Position numbers and translations under genes: made by a program
Shown here: positions 20,643 through 31,374 of the stretch, one piece after another
Layout of the letters: every line of letters begins with the position of its first letter
Numbering within the stretch: position 1 is the stretch's first letter
Origin: an uncultured Methanosarcinales archaeon
GTDB lineage: Archaea > Nanobdellota > Nanobdellia > Woesearchaeales > JACPIF01
NCBI GenBank assembly: GCA_964602245.1
Contig: CAZRPY010000001.1
Coordinates: 88,246 to 152,245, forward strand
Direction of reading: 5' to 3'
DNA length: 64,000 nt
Notes under the pieces: generated by a model
The model's database searches: none
The model's input: the letters and a program-made list of their open reading frames with translations, nothing else
What the model was told of the DNA's origin: nothing

Positions 20643-21493
20643 AAAAGGCTTTAATATGTGCTATCACGGGGGCAAATGGGTATGTTGGATCATGTATTGC
20701 AGATTATCTTAGAAAGCGTAATTTTGTTGTATATGAGATGGGCCGCTCTTTAAAAGGCGATAAAGACTATTTCATTCCTTTCTCTTTGGAAAAAGAAATC
20801 CCTAAAAATAGTTTAAAGAATGTTGATGTGCTTGTGCACTGTGCATGGGATTTTAAACAAATCATATGGAAAGATATAATTAGAATTAATGTTAACGGCT
20901 CTTTAAGATTGTTTAAGGCTGCTAAAAAAGATGGTGTTAAAAAGATTATTTTTATATCTACTATGTCTGCATTTGATGGCTGTAAATCCTTATATGGAAA
21001 AGCTAAGCTTAAAGTTGAAAGAGAGGCTAAGAAATTAGATGTGATAATTATAAGGCCTGGTTTGGTTTATGGCAGTAAATCTTCTGGAATGGTGGGAGCT
21101 ATAGGAAGGTTAATGGCAATCTCTCCTTTAGTTCCAGTTGTTGCTGCTAATCAAGTATTGTATCTTTGCCATAGCAAAGATTTGTCAAAACTAATTTTTA
21201 GATTATGTACTTCAAAGAGCAAGATTACAAAACCAATAATTGCTGCGAGTGAGGGAGGTCTAAGATTTAAAGAAATACTTAGGAGATTAGCTTTAAGGAG
21301 AGGGAAGAAAATAATGCTAGTTCCAATCCCTTCCTGGGCAGTTTTATTCGGATTAAAAACCTTAGAGAAAATAGGTCTAAAAGCTAGGGTTAAGAGCGAT
21401 AGTTTAATAGGTTTGTTGAATGCTGATCCAAAGCCTGATTTTACAGAAACCAGAAAGACTAAAGTAAGGTTTAGAGAATTTTTAATCGAATGA
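20639..21493 (+). CDS. NAD-dependent epimerase/SDR
   Basis: TGANGYVG, YGKAK, RPGLVYG. Confidence 0.85.
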   Translation: MKKALICAITGANGYVGSCIADYLRKRNFVVYEMGRSLKGDKDYFIPFSLEKEIPKNSLKNVDVLVHCAWDFKQIIWKDIIRINVNGSLRLFKAAKKDGVKKIIFISTMSAFDGCKSLYGKAKLKVEREAKKLDVIIIRPGLVYGSKSSGMVGAIGRLMAISPLVPVVAANQVLYLCHSKDLSKLIFRLCTSKSKITKPIIAASEGGLRFKEILRRLALRRGKKIMLVPIPSWAVLFGLKTLEKIGLKARVKSDSLIGLLNADPKPDFTETRKTKVRFREFLIE

Positions 21494-21550
21494 TTAGCTG
21501 GTTACTTCTTTCACTAACTTTATATAGTCTCTTTTACTTTCTCGTCTATA

Positions 21551-22150
21551 ATGAGGAAACTTAAGGTTGAGTATAATCATGACAGATGTATAGGGACTAA
21601 GGCTTGTATAGCTGCTGCTCCTAGGTATTTTGAGTTAAAGGGAGGCAAAGCTCATTTAATAGGCAACTACAAGCATGAGGGGATACAGACTTCTGAATAT
21701 TCATGTGATGATATCACTTATAATGAAATTGTGGAAGCAGGAAAGTCTTGCCCTGTTAATGCAATTAAGGTAATGGACATGAATTTAAACAAGGTTTTAG
21801 TTGGGACTGAGATTACTACAGATCCAGACTATAAAGAGGTTATAGCTGAATATGACGACAGCAAAGAATTTGAGTTAGATCATAACGGATATTTTCTTAT
21901 TAGAGTAAATCATGAGACTAAGGATATTGAGGTTGGTTTTTGCAATGAAAAAAATATTGTTTTAGTAAAGGTAACAGGTAAAAAGCCAATTGATATTTAC
22001 CAGACAATTATAAATAAGCTAAAGCTAGTTAGCAGGACTGATCATGGGGCTTATATTGGTAGAGAATTGCAGAAGGCTTATACTGCTTTGCAATTAGGTT
22101 TAGAATATGTGCAAGATGATGAATTAGAATTTAATAAGAAAGCTAAATAA
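21551..22150 (+). CDS. Single-cluster ferredoxin fused to a DUF4346-like domain
   Basis: CIGTKAC...CPVNAI; LDHNGYFLI...HGAYIGRELQKA..AL..G..YVQD. Confidence 0.75.
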   Translation: MRKLKVEYNHDRCIGTKACIAAAPRYFELKGGKAHLIGNYKHEGIQTSEYSCDDITYNEIVEAGKSCPVNAIKVMDMNLNKVLVGTEITTDPDYKEVIAEYDDSKEFELDHNGYFLIRVNHETKDIEVGFCNEKNIVLVKVTGKKPIDIYQTIINKLKLVSRTDHGAYIGRELQKAYTALQLGLEYVQDDELEFNKKAK

Positions 22151-22188
22151 CAAAGATTAAATAAAAATAAAGCTATATATCCAGTAAA

Positions 22189-23757
22189 ATGACATCAAAG
22201 ATAGTTTTAGTTTATCCATCTTCTTCACCAGATATTGAAGGTGGAGAGGTTGACTTTGAACGCTACAAGAGTGTTCCTATTGGGATTCTTAATATTGCTA
22301 CTTGGCTAGATCATAATGGTTATGATGTTAAAGTTATTGATGGAAGGGCTTATACTAAGAAAGAGACTTTAGAAAGGCTAAAGAAAGAGTTGCATGGGGC
22401 ATTATGTGTTGCATTTGGCATTACAACTGTGCAAATCAAGCATGGATTGTATCTTTCTGAATTTATTAAGAAAACAGATAAAGATATTCCTGTAATATGG
22501 GGTGGCATTCATCCTACAATGTACCCTGTGCAGACTATACAAGATAAGGTTGTTGATTATGTTCTTTATGGAGAAGTAGAGTATCCTTTACTAGATTTGA
22601 TTAGATTTCTTGAAGGAAAGAAAAGGAAAATTAGTGATGTAAAAGGATTAGTGTATAAAAGAAATGGTGAGGTTATAATTAATCCAATGCATCAAGGAAT
22701 TAATCCAAATGAATTGCCAATTCCAAAATATGAGTTATTAGATATTAACAAGTATATTGAAAGAGAGTTCTTAACTAACTTAGGCAAGATTAGGAAGATG
22801 AGAGCTTTAGATATTAACACTAGCAGAGGATGTCCTTATAGATGTAATTTCTGTCCAAATACTATGGATGTGTTTAAGAGGTATAGAGTTCAGGCATTAG
22901 ACAGGGTTTTCCAGCTTATAGATCATTTGGTTGAAACTTATAAGCTTGATCATATATGGTTTTGTGATGAGCTTTTCTTTGTTGAGAAGAATAAGGTTAG
23001 AGCTATTGCTGAGCATTTGATTGAGAAAAATTATAATATAACATGGGAGTCTAATGCTAGAGTTGACCAGTTTAATGACAGACTATTGGATGATGAACTA
23101 CTTGCGTTGATAAAGAAGTCTGGATGTTTTGCGTTAAGAATGGGGATGGAGTCTGGCAGCAACAGAATTCTAAAGCTTATGAAGAAAGATTGTGTAGTTG
23201 ATGATGTAATAAGATCAGTAAAACAATGTGAAAAATATGGAATAATACCTATAGGCAATTTTATCATTGGTTTTCCAACTGAAACTAGAGAGGAAATGAT
23301 GGCTACTGCCAAGCTGATATTAAAGCTTAAGGATATATCGCCAAATGGATTGTTTTATAGCCCTGGATTGTTAAGGCCTTATCCTGGAACAGAGATTTAT
23401 GAGTATGCAAAACAGTATGGTGGCTTTGATGAACCTAAGACTTTAAGGGAGTGGGCTGAGAAAGAGATTGATGTTGGCTTGTTTGTTAATCCTAAAGACT
23501 TAAGATGGATTAGGGATCCTGAATGGCTGCTTAATTTCCAAGTATATTTCTATGTTTTAACTGTAATGAAAACTCATGAATTGACTAAGAAGCATTTATC
23601 ACCTGCATGGAAGTTAGCTGGCAAGATTTCTGAGTTCAGGCTTAAGCATAATTTCTGGAAGTTTGGCTGGGAGCCAAGGATGATGATAGAGATAAAGAAA
23701 TTCCTAGACAGAGATTCATCTTTAGCAAGGGTTATTAAAAGTACTTTGAGTCTGTAA
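22189..23757 (+). CDS. B12-binding radical SAM enzyme
   Basis: WGGIHPT, SRGCPYRCNFC, GMESG, PYPGT. Confidence 0.92.
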   Translation: MTSKIVLVYPSSSPDIEGGEVDFERYKSVPIGILNIATWLDHNGYDVKVIDGRAYTKKETLERLKKELHGALCVAFGITTVQIKHGLYLSEFIKKTDKDIPVIWGGIHPTMYPVQTIQDKVVDYVLYGEVEYPLLDLIRFLEGKKRKISDVKGLVYKRNGEVIINPMHQGINPNELPIPKYELLDINKYIEREFLTNLGKIRKMRALDINTSRGCPYRCNFCPNTMDVFKRYRVQALDRVFQLIDHLVETYKLDHIWFCDELFFVEKNKVRAIAEHLIEKNYNITWESNARVDQFNDRLLDDELLALIKKSGCFALRMGMESGSNRILKLMKKDCVVDDVIRSVKQCEKYGIIPIGNFIIGFPTETREEMMATAKLILKLKDISPNGLFYSPGLLRPYPGTEIYEYAKQYGGFDEPKTLREWAEKEIDVGLFVNPKDLRWIRDPEWLLNFQVYFYVLTVMKTHELTKKHLSPAWKLAGKISEFRLKHNFWKFGWEPRMMIEIKKFLDRDSSLARVIKSTLSL

Positions 23758-23819
23758 ATTTAAGTTGTAATTAAAACTACAATGAGACTATTTTTATGCT
23801 TTTACTTGCATCTTATATA

Positions 23820-24527
23820 TTATTTACTTGCTTCAAGAATTATATAATGTCTATAAATATGGAAAATCCTACTCATAAAGAAATTAATAATATCTGCTAT
23901 AGGCCTTACTGAAATTATCAAGTTAAACCATCTAACTGGAGGAAAATTCCAATATTTAACTAAAATCGGAGGGTAAAACATATAGACTTTATATTTCTTT
24001 ATACCTATTCCAACTGCTAAATTCTCCATAGTCCTTATTGTAAATGGTTTAATATGAGTCCAATCATCGTAAAATAAAGTGTAGTCTATATCAGGCACTA
24101 GAATTATTAATAAACCTCTTGGCTTTAGTATCCTATAAAGCTCGTAAATCGCAAAATCTGGGTCTTCAGTATGCTCTATTACATTTGTGCAATAAATTCC
24201 ATCAAAAGTAGAATCTTTGTAAGGCAGTTTCTCTGATAAACTTGCATATCTAGCTTCTATACCTCTTTTTTTGCAGTAGGAAACTAAATCAAAATTAGAA
24301 TCAAAGCCATATGGCTCCATGCCTGCTTTTTTTGCCTCAAGCAAAAATCTACCATCGCCGCAGCCTGCTTCCAAGATTCTCTTAACATTATTTTTTCTGA
24401 ACTTGTCTAGAATTTTATTATTAACTATTTTGAAAGTTGTATTTTGAGCATATCCTTCTTGATTTAAAACACTAATATGAAATTTACTATAAATAGAGTT
24501 CTTGACTTTTTTCTTGTAATCGTCCAT
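23820..24527 (-). CDS. Class I SAM methyltransferase
   Basis: LEAGCGDG, NVIEH, DDWTH. Confidence 0.9.
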   Translation of the reverse strand: MDDYKKKVKNSIYSKFHISVLNQEGYAQNTTFKIVNNKILDKFRKNNVKRILEAGCGDGRFLLEAKKAGMEPYGFDSNFDLVSYCKKRGIEARYASLSEKLPYKDSTFDGIYCTNVIEHTEDPDFAIYELYRILKPRGLLIILVPDIDYTLFYDDWTHIKPFTIRTMENLAVGIGIKKYKVYMFYPPILVKYWNFPPVRWFNLIISVRPIADIINFFMSRIFHIYRHYIILEASK

Positions 24528-24585
24528 TATATATAGAAATTAGAAGAAGTTATTTAAAAGTTGTGGTTTGATATTATTAAAATAA

Positions 24586-25698
24586 TTATTTTATCTTAGC
24601 ATATTTCTCTAAAATACTCTCAAACTGCCTTGATTGTTTATCAAGATTATATTTATCTATGATTCTTTTTCGTGCTAATTTACCTAGGTTTTCTCTTAGT
24701 TTTGGGTTATCGGCTAACTTTATGATTGCATTAATAATATCATCTTGTTTGTAATCTATTAAAATACCACACTTGCCATTATCTAGATCTGTTATGTTTT
24801 CTCCAATTCTTAAGCTTATAGCTGATTTTGCCATTGCCATATATTCTTTAAGTTTCATTGAACTTCTATTTTGCATATTATGTTTTGATGGATCCCAAAT
24901 AACATCAATGCATATGTTAGCAATAGAGATATATTTTGGTATATCTTTATTATTTATAAAACCTGTAAACTTAAAATATAGTTCTAATGAATTTTTTATA
25001 ACATAATCTTGCAATAATCTAAGACCTTTACCATAACCAACTATTAAGAACTTTATATTCTTATTTTTGATGATAATCTCTTTTGCTGCGTCTACTAATT
25101 CTTTTCCAACAAATTTGCCAGCAACAGAACCAATATGAGCTATAAATAATACTATTATATCATTAGGGAAGTAATCAAATTCTTTCCTCAATTTTATTTG
25201 GTCAAATCTTACAGGATTAAATTTTTGAACATCGACTCCATTTGGAAGATAGTAGATATCTTTCTTACTGTCTCGAATGTAAGCGGCTGTATCTGCCAGA
25301 TTTTTTGATACAACAATGACTGCATTTGCTTTTTTCACAGCAGTATATTCCCAATAGGCAAATTTCCATGGCTCTGGCTTGAATGCTTTAAAATTATAGA
25401 ATGAATCGTCCCAGTCAAGAATCAATGGTTTCTGCTTGATTCGTTGTGCATACAATCCTGGCAATGCGCCTGAGATTAATGGAGCTGCTGTAAAGATGCT
25501 GTCTGGATTAAAAGTGCTACTTTTGATCCGTCTGAGTAGCTGAGCAATATAGTAAAGTTTCAGCAGCCTATTTTCATACCAAGGTTCAACAACAATCTCC
25601 TGCACTTTGATCCGCTTCAGCCGTGAGAGCAGACGTTGCAGGCGGATACTCACTCCGTATTGCTTTGGCATGGGATAGATAGCGCCTAGTGTAATCAT
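24586..25698 (-). CDS. Glycosyltransferase family 4
   Basis: LPNGVD, KLKEYMAM, GT-B layout. Confidence 0.85.
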   Translation of the reverse strand: MITLGAIYPMPKQYGVSIRLQRLLSRLKRIKVQEIVVEPWYENRLLKLYYIAQLLRRIKSSTFNPDSIFTAAPLISGALPGLYAQRIKQKPLILDWDDSFYNFKAFKPEPWKFAYWEYTAVKKANAVIVVSKNLADTAAYIRDSKKDIYYLPNGVDVQKFNPVRFDQIKLRKEFDYFPNDIIVLFIAHIGSVAGKFVGKELVDAAKEIIIKNKNIKFLIVGYGKGLRLLQDYVIKNSLELYFKFTGFINNKDIPKYISIANICIDVIWDPSKHNMQNRSSMKLKEYMAMAKSAISLRIGENITDLDNGKCGILIDYKQDDIINAIIKLADNPKLRENLGKLARKRIIDKYNLDKQSRQFESILEKYAKIK

Positions 25699-25784
25699 GT
25701 ATATATGCTACATCGTTTGCTTTAAAAAGCTTTCACTATGCTAAATAGGTAAAATATAAATAATGATAACCAGCACTTTAGTAT

Positions 25785-27236
25785 ATGTCTGACTCTGCAA
25801 TTATCGCAAAGAATACTCTTGCTATATTTTCTGGAGAGATTGTAGCACATGCTTTAGGATTTTTCATAACCATTATTCTTGCGAGATATTTGGGAGATGC
25901 AGGATTTGGTGTATATTCATTTGCTTTTGCGTTTGCAAGTATAATGATTATCTTTTCAGATTTAGGTGTTTCAACGTTAATGGTGCGAGAGGTTTCTAGG
26001 AAACCCAAGCTGTTGAATAACTATGCATCAAATATTTTTTTAATAAAATTTATACTTACTATAGCAATTGCTCTGATACTTTTTATTATTGTAACCCAAA
26101 TAGAAAGTCTAAGCGAAGTGGGATACGCTATTTATTGGGCTTCTTTTGCAATGCTTTTCTTAGAATTTAGCTTTTTCTTTAGGAAGTTTTTACATATAAA
26201 ACAGATTATGGAATATGAAGCAATTATTAAAATTTTTGAAAAAGTAATTACTTTACTTTTTCTGCTTCTTATGTTTTATTTATTTAAGAAAATAACTGTT
26301 TTTGTTGCTGTCGTTACTTTTTTTGTTGGCTATGCTTCGACATTTTTGCTATCGTTTTATTATGCTAAAGTTAAAGTAAATCCTTCTATTAGGATGGCTT
26401 ATGTCAACTTAGATATAAGTAAACATCTATTAAAAAATTCGTGGCAGTTTTGGCTTACTACTGTTTTTATTATTATCTATTTCAAAGTCGACACACTTAT
26501 GCTTTCTTTTATGACGAGCTATGAATCTGTTGGCTGGTATAATGCTGCTTATAAGTTAATTGAGGGTCTAAATTTTATGCCAACGTTATTTATTGTAGCT
26601 ATATTTCCAGCAATGTCAGTCTTGTATGTAAAAAATAAACAGTATTTGCAAACTGTATTTGAGAAGACTATATATTATCTGTTACTATTGTCCATACCCA
26701 TCGGTGTAGGAGTTTCATTGCTAGCTTCACGCTTTATCCTGTTGTTTTATACCTCGGAATATGGTGCTGCTATCGGAGTGCTACAAATTCTTATATGGGC
26801 TGAGGTGTTTGTATTTGTAAACTATTTTATGGGGTTTCTGCTCAACTCCATTGATAAACAAGGGCTCTTTACGAGAACTATATTCATAGGCCTCATCATT
26901 AATGTAGTTTTAAACACAGTTCTTATACCCTCATATGGTATTTATGGTGCGGCGTTTGCAACACTTGCTACTGAAATCATTAACTTCTTCCAGCTCTTTA
27001 GATATACCCAAAATAGTGGATATACATTTAACATTTTAAAAACGATATATAAGCCGTTACTAGCAGCGCTCGTAATGGGTATAGTGATATATTTCAGTTT
27101 ATCATTACACTTGGTGCTAATTCTGTCATTAGCAATTCTTACTTATTTCTTAGTATTGTTCTTGACTAAAAGTATAGGAAAGAACGAGTTTAATCTTTTT
27201 CTTAGAGCTATTAAGAAGTTAAGGCAGAGAAATTAG
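25785..27236 (+). CDS. Oligosaccharide flippase (Wzx/MOP family)
   Basis: ARYLG..GFG.Y, DLG, D..ML, VGWYNAAY; about 14 TMs. Confidence 0.9.
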   Translation: MSDSAIIAKNTLAIFSGEIVAHALGFFITIILARYLGDAGFGVYSFAFAFASIMIIFSDLGVSTLMVREVSRKPKLLNNYASNIFLIKFILTIAIALILFIIVTQIESLSEVGYAIYWASFAMLFLEFSFFFRKFLHIKQIMEYEAIIKIFEKVITLLFLLLMFYLFKKITVFVAVVTFFVGYASTFLLSFYYAKVKVNPSIRMAYVNLDISKHLLKNSWQFWLTTVFIIIYFKVDTLMLSFMTSYESVGWYNAAYKLIEGLNFMPTLFIVAIFPAMSVLYVKNKQYLQTVFEKTIYYLLLLSIPIGVGVSLLASRFILLFYTSEYGAAIGVLQILIWAEVFVFVNYFMGFLLNSIDKQGLFTRTIFIGLIINVVLNTVLIPSYGIYGAAFATLATEIINFFQLFRYTQNSGYTFNILKTIYKPLLAALVMGIVIYFSLSLHLVLILSLAILTYFLVLFLTKSIGKNEFNLFLRAIKKLRQRN

Positions 27237-27238
27237 GT

Positions 27239-29113
27239 CTAAGAGATTGCTAGAATAATAGCCCCTTGGTTTTGGAAGATTGGCTTAAATCTGCCAGATT
27301 CCACTAACTCTTTTATCTTTTGGTTTGTGGCATTTCCTAAATGTTGAGGTTTGACACAATCTCCATCAATAACTAGGTAATCGTAGCCTTTTGATTTGAT
27401 ATAATTCGCTGCTTCTGCTGCAGGCAGAGTTGCTGCTTTGTCTAAGGTTTTATATTCCCAAGCTCCTTCATCTCGCCATGAGAATGCTAGTTTATCAAAT
27501 CCAATTAATTTCTTATCACCTGAACCGCAGATTGGATAGACTTTTGTATCAATTGGAAGATTATCCTTGAGCCAATTATAGGCTTGTATTTCTTCAAAGG
27601 AATTCCAGATAAAGCCAGGAGGCCAGCCTGGAGTTGTATTGAGCTGGTATTTCTGTAAGCCAGAGGTAAACAAGATACCAGTAAAGATAACAATAATAGG
27701 GATGAAGAATGGCATGTTATATTTCTTTAGCTGCATTGCAATTACGTATATTGCTTCAGCAGCTATAATAGCAACAGTAAAGGCAAGAAGCATCCAGCTT
27801 CGATGGAAATCCATACGGATTGGAAGATAACTGCCAAGCACTGAAAGTAGGTTAAAGATGAGCCAGGCAAACACTATGGGGATATAGCTGAATTTACTTG
27901 CTTGTTCCTTATTTCTTATTGAAAATAGGGCAATGGTTAGATATGCAATACCAATAAAGCATAATATGGTAACAATAACACCTATACCGATTGGACTATT
28001 GATCATATTTTGACTTCGTGCAAAGAAGAAATCGGAAAATGTGTAGAAGATTTTTGCAGCAGGATTAAAAACTGCACCAACGCCTGATTGACCGAGGCCA
28101 CGCATTACATGAGATATATCATTATATTTGAAGAACATTGGAATCCACCAGAAAATAAAAGCTAGTAATGCTCCTATGGGTGCTGAAAGGAATAAAGGCC
28201 AGAGGAATTTTCTTTCAGTTAATGCTTTAATTAGCCAGTAAATGCCAAAGAAAATGGCAAATTTAAAGCCTGTTGTTGTTTGTGTTAAGAGTATTCCTGC
28301 AATAACAAAAGATGTTGCATAAAGCCAACTCTTATCGTATTTAGTGCGTTCCATGCAATAAAATGCAACAAAGTAGAGTGCCATTGACAAGGATAATGAC
28401 CAGATAAAATGGCTCATATAAGCTGGAATAGCTGCAAGTACTAACGTAGCTAATAATGCTTTCTGAGAGTTATTTGTAAATTCCTTAGCGAAATAGTAAG
28501 AGAAGATTATTGACAAAGAAATAATTAGTGAGTTAAAAAATTTTAGAGTCCAGTTTAATGATGGAGAGATTTGATGGAGCATGCCAAGCAAGATGCCATA
28601 GCTAGGTGGGTATGGATCTAGGTAGTGGAATAAGCCATGACCTGGCAAGGATAAGGCTTCCTTTGGCTCAAATGCTGTTTTTTCAATTGAAATATACTTA
28701 ATGCTTCTTGCATGCTCCCATGAATCATCATCTTCTAAGTAAGGATAGGCAAAAGAACCTTTAACGTACATGTATAAGGTGAAAGAGAAAATTATTAAAA
28801 CAAGTAATAGGTAGAGATTTGATTTTGTAAGTCTAAAATGATTTTTCAGTTCAAGCAGAGTTTGGTAATTTCTGAATAAATCATAAAGAGGAAGTATTAA
28901 GGCTAGTATTAAGAATAGCCACCAGTTTAAAGGAATTCTAAACAAGTTTAATATAACAGACAATATGCTAAAAATGCCTATGCCTATGCCTATGTTCATT
29001 AAATTTCTTTCAAAAAATTTTTCTGAGTTCTTTAGGAATCTAGTTACAGAATAGCCAAAGCACCATGTGTATAGGAAAAATAATAATATTGCAAGATAGC
29101 TCATTTTAGGCAT
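27239..29113 (-). CDS. GT-C-fold-like multi-pass membrane protein
   Basis: EDDDSWEH, PYPPSY loop, many TMs, tail AYNWLKDNLPIDTKV...YDYLVID. Confidence 0.6.
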   Translation of the reverse strand: MPKMSYLAILLFFLYTWCFGYSVTRFLKNSEKFFERNLMNIGIGIGIFSILSVILNLFRIPLNWWLFLILALILPLYDLFRNYQTLLELKNHFRLTKSNLYLLLVLIIFSFTLYMYVKGSFAYPYLEDDDSWEHARSIKYISIEKTAFEPKEALSLPGHGLFHYLDPYPPSYGILLGMLHQISPSLNWTLKFFNSLIISLSIIFSYYFAKEFTNNSQKALLATLVLAAIPAYMSHFIWSLSLSMALYFVAFYCMERTKYDKSWLYATSFVIAGILLTQTTTGFKFAIFFGIYWLIKALTERKFLWPLFLSAPIGALLAFIFWWIPMFFKYNDISHVMRGLGQSGVGAVFNPAAKIFYTFSDFFFARSQNMINSPIGIGVIVTILCFIGIAYLTIALFSIRNKEQASKFSYIPIVFAWLIFNLLSVLGSYLPIRMDFHRSWMLLAFTVAIIAAEAIYVIAMQLKKYNMPFFIPIIVIFTGILFTSGLQKYQLNTTPGWPPGFIWNSFEEIQAYNWLKDNLPIDTKVYPICGSGDKKLIGFDKLAFSWRDEGAWEYKTLDKAATLPAAEAANYIKSKGYDYLVIDGDCVKPQHLGNATNQKIKELVESGRFKPIFQNQGAIILAIS

Positions 29114-29232
29114 AGAAATCCTGATGTAATATAAAGTTTTGGTTTTGGTATAATTTAGTATTTTTGCTGACTATACTCTGTACATTGATACATAAGTTTT
29201 AAATAAGGTTGTAAAATCTGACTAACACTGCT

Positions 29233-30933
29233 ATGAAGATTTTAGGGGTTCATAATTCTCACGACGCTGGGGCAGCTATAATTGAAGATGGAAAAATACT
29301 TGCAGCTGTGAATGAGGAAAGGCTGAATAGAATTAAGTTATATTGGGGTGTGCCTGAGCTTGCAATCAAAGAGGTTTTTAGAATTGCTAAAATTGAGCCT
29401 GAGGATATTGATTATGTAGCTTTTTCTAATATTACTCCAGGAGGTGGTATGCATGCTAATTTTAGTAAGCTTACTGCAAGAATTGAGATAATGAATGTTG
29501 CTGCCAAACTTTTCCCTTGGCTTGTAGGCAGTAAATTATTTGCTGATACCTATAGAGCAATTTATTCTGGGCTGAGGAAAGGTAAAACTGTTTTAGAGTA
29601 TCTCAAGAAATTAGGAGTAGAATCTCCTGTTAGATATGTTGAGCATCATCAATGTCATGCGGCATCTGCATTTTATACTTCTAATTTTGATAATGATACA
29701 TTACTTGTTACAACTGATGGAACAGGTGATGGTTATTGCTCCAGTGTAAATATAATTAATGATTATGAGATAAAAAGGATTACTGCTACACCTTTCTTTC
29801 ACTCCCCTGCTGCAATCTATGCTTATATAACATTTAACCTAGGTTTTGAGCCTAATAAGCATGAGGGTAAAATCACTGGGCTAGCTGCATATGGAAAGCC
29901 TGAAAGGACTTATAATGTTTTTAGTAAAATAATGCAAGTAAAGGGCTTGAATTATAGAACAATTGGATTGACAACAGGGCATCAGGGTTGCAGGAAGTTG
30001 CATGAGTTAATGTTGAACAAAAAATGGGAGGATATTGCTGCTGGGCTGCAGAAAAGATTTGAAGAGGTAATGGTAGAGCTTGTTGAGAATTCCTTGAAGA
30101 AATATCCTAGGAAGTTTGTTGCAGTTGCTGGAGGGGCTTATGCTAATGTTAAGGCTAACCAAAAAATTTCTGAAATTAAGGGAGTGAAAAAATTATCTGT
30201 GCATCCTAATATGGGAGATGGTGGATTAGCTGTTGGAGCTGCACTGCAAGTATGGGCTGATGAAGTGATTAAGCAAGGAAAAAAGCCTAGACCAGTTGCA
30301 ATAGAGCATGTTTATTTTGGTTCTGAGTATAGTGAAGAAGAGATTGAAAATCAATTGAGGAGAGGTAAATTGAAATTTAAGTATTATAATAATATTGAGA
30401 CAGAGGTTGCAAATTTATTAAAGAAAAAGAAAGTTGTTGGCAGGTTTAATGGAAGGATGGAATATGGGCCAAGAGCGTTAGGAAATAGAAGCATATTAGC
30501 AGATCCAACTGACAAAACTATAAATGATTGGCTTAATAAAAGGCTGAAGAGGACGGATTTTATGCCTTTCGCTCCCTCCATCATGAGAGAATATGCTGAA
30601 AGTTATTATGAGAATTTTGCTCCAGGAGAGATTGCTGCTAAGTTTATGACAATTACATTTAATGTTAAACCAGAAGGTGCTAAAAAAGCACCTGCAGTTA
30701 ATCATGTGGATAATACAGCTAGACCGCAGACAGTCACTAGAAAGCAGAATAAGAGTTATTATGAAATACTTAAAGCGTATAAAGATGTAACTGGATTGCC
30801 AATTTTTGTTAACACGTCATTTAATATGCATGAAGAGCCAATTGTTTGTAGCCCTCAAGATGCTGTAAGAGCTTTTAAGCAAGGTGCTATTGATGTGTTA
30901 GCAATAGGCAATTATCTTGCGTATAATGGATAA
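29233..30933 (+). CDS. O-carbamoyltransferase (NodU/CmcH family)
   Basis: HDAGAA, EERLNR.K, HHQCHAAS, EGKITGLAAYG, EYGPRALGNRS, NTSFN. Confidence 0.93.
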   Translation: MKILGVHNSHDAGAAIIEDGKILAAVNEERLNRIKLYWGVPELAIKEVFRIAKIEPEDIDYVAFSNITPGGGMHANFSKLTARIEIMNVAAKLFPWLVGSKLFADTYRAIYSGLRKGKTVLEYLKKLGVESPVRYVEHHQCHAASAFYTSNFDNDTLLVTTDGTGDGYCSSVNIINDYEIKRITATPFFHSPAAIYAYITFNLGFEPNKHEGKITGLAAYGKPERTYNVFSKIMQVKGLNYRTIGLTTGHQGCRKLHELMLNKKWEDIAAGLQKRFEEVMVELVENSLKKYPRKFVAVAGGAYANVKANQKISEIKGVKKLSVHPNMGDGGLAVGAALQVWADEVIKQGKKPRPVAIEHVYFGSEYSEEEIENQLRRGKLKFKYYNNIETEVANLLKKKKVVGRFNGRMEYGPRALGNRSILADPTDKTINDWLNKRLKRTDFMPFAPSIMREYAESYYENFAPGEIAAKFMTITFNVKPEGAKKAPAVNHVDNTARPQTVTRKQNKSYYEILKAYKDVTGLPIFVNTSFNMHEEPIVCSPQDAVRAFKQGAIDVLAIGNYLAYNG

Positions 30934-30936
30934 AAA

Positions 30937-31374
30937 ATGAAAAAGTTTTATATTGCTTATGGTTTATCTGTGGTTATTCTATTTGCTTTAATGTTTTACT
31001 CTTATGAGAATTATCATAAATATTATCCCTCTTTAGCAACATTTCAAGATAATCCTGAGTTTCTTGAGGGTGTTAGAGCTGAGAATTGTGGGATTGCTGA
31101 GCAGGTAAATGAGCAAGGATTAATTATTAGAGGTGGCTCTGAGAGAATAAAAGTAAAAGCTGAGAATGCAAGATATCCAAAATATGGCACAATATGTGTT
31201 GTTGGGACTTATAAAAAAGACGGATTTATTGAAGCTGAATATGTGAGGTATAATGACTATATCTTTGTAAAATATTTCCTTTCTGTTCTATCAATTATTT
31301 ATGTTATTTATATCTTCTTTATGGAATGGAAAATAACTAGAAAGTGTTTTATTGCTAGAGGTAAAAATGCCTGA
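30937..31374 (+). CDS. Hypothetical membrane protein (TM, small beta domain, TM)
   Basis: Operonic ORF with two hydrophobic segments. Confidence 0.6.
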   Translation: MKKFYIAYGLSVVILFALMFYSYENYHKYYPSLATFQDNPEFLEGVRAENCGIAEQVNEQGLIIRGGSERIKVKAENARYPKYGTICVVGTYKKDGFIEAEYVRYNDYIFVKYFLSVLSIIYVIYIFFMEWKITRKCFIARGKNA

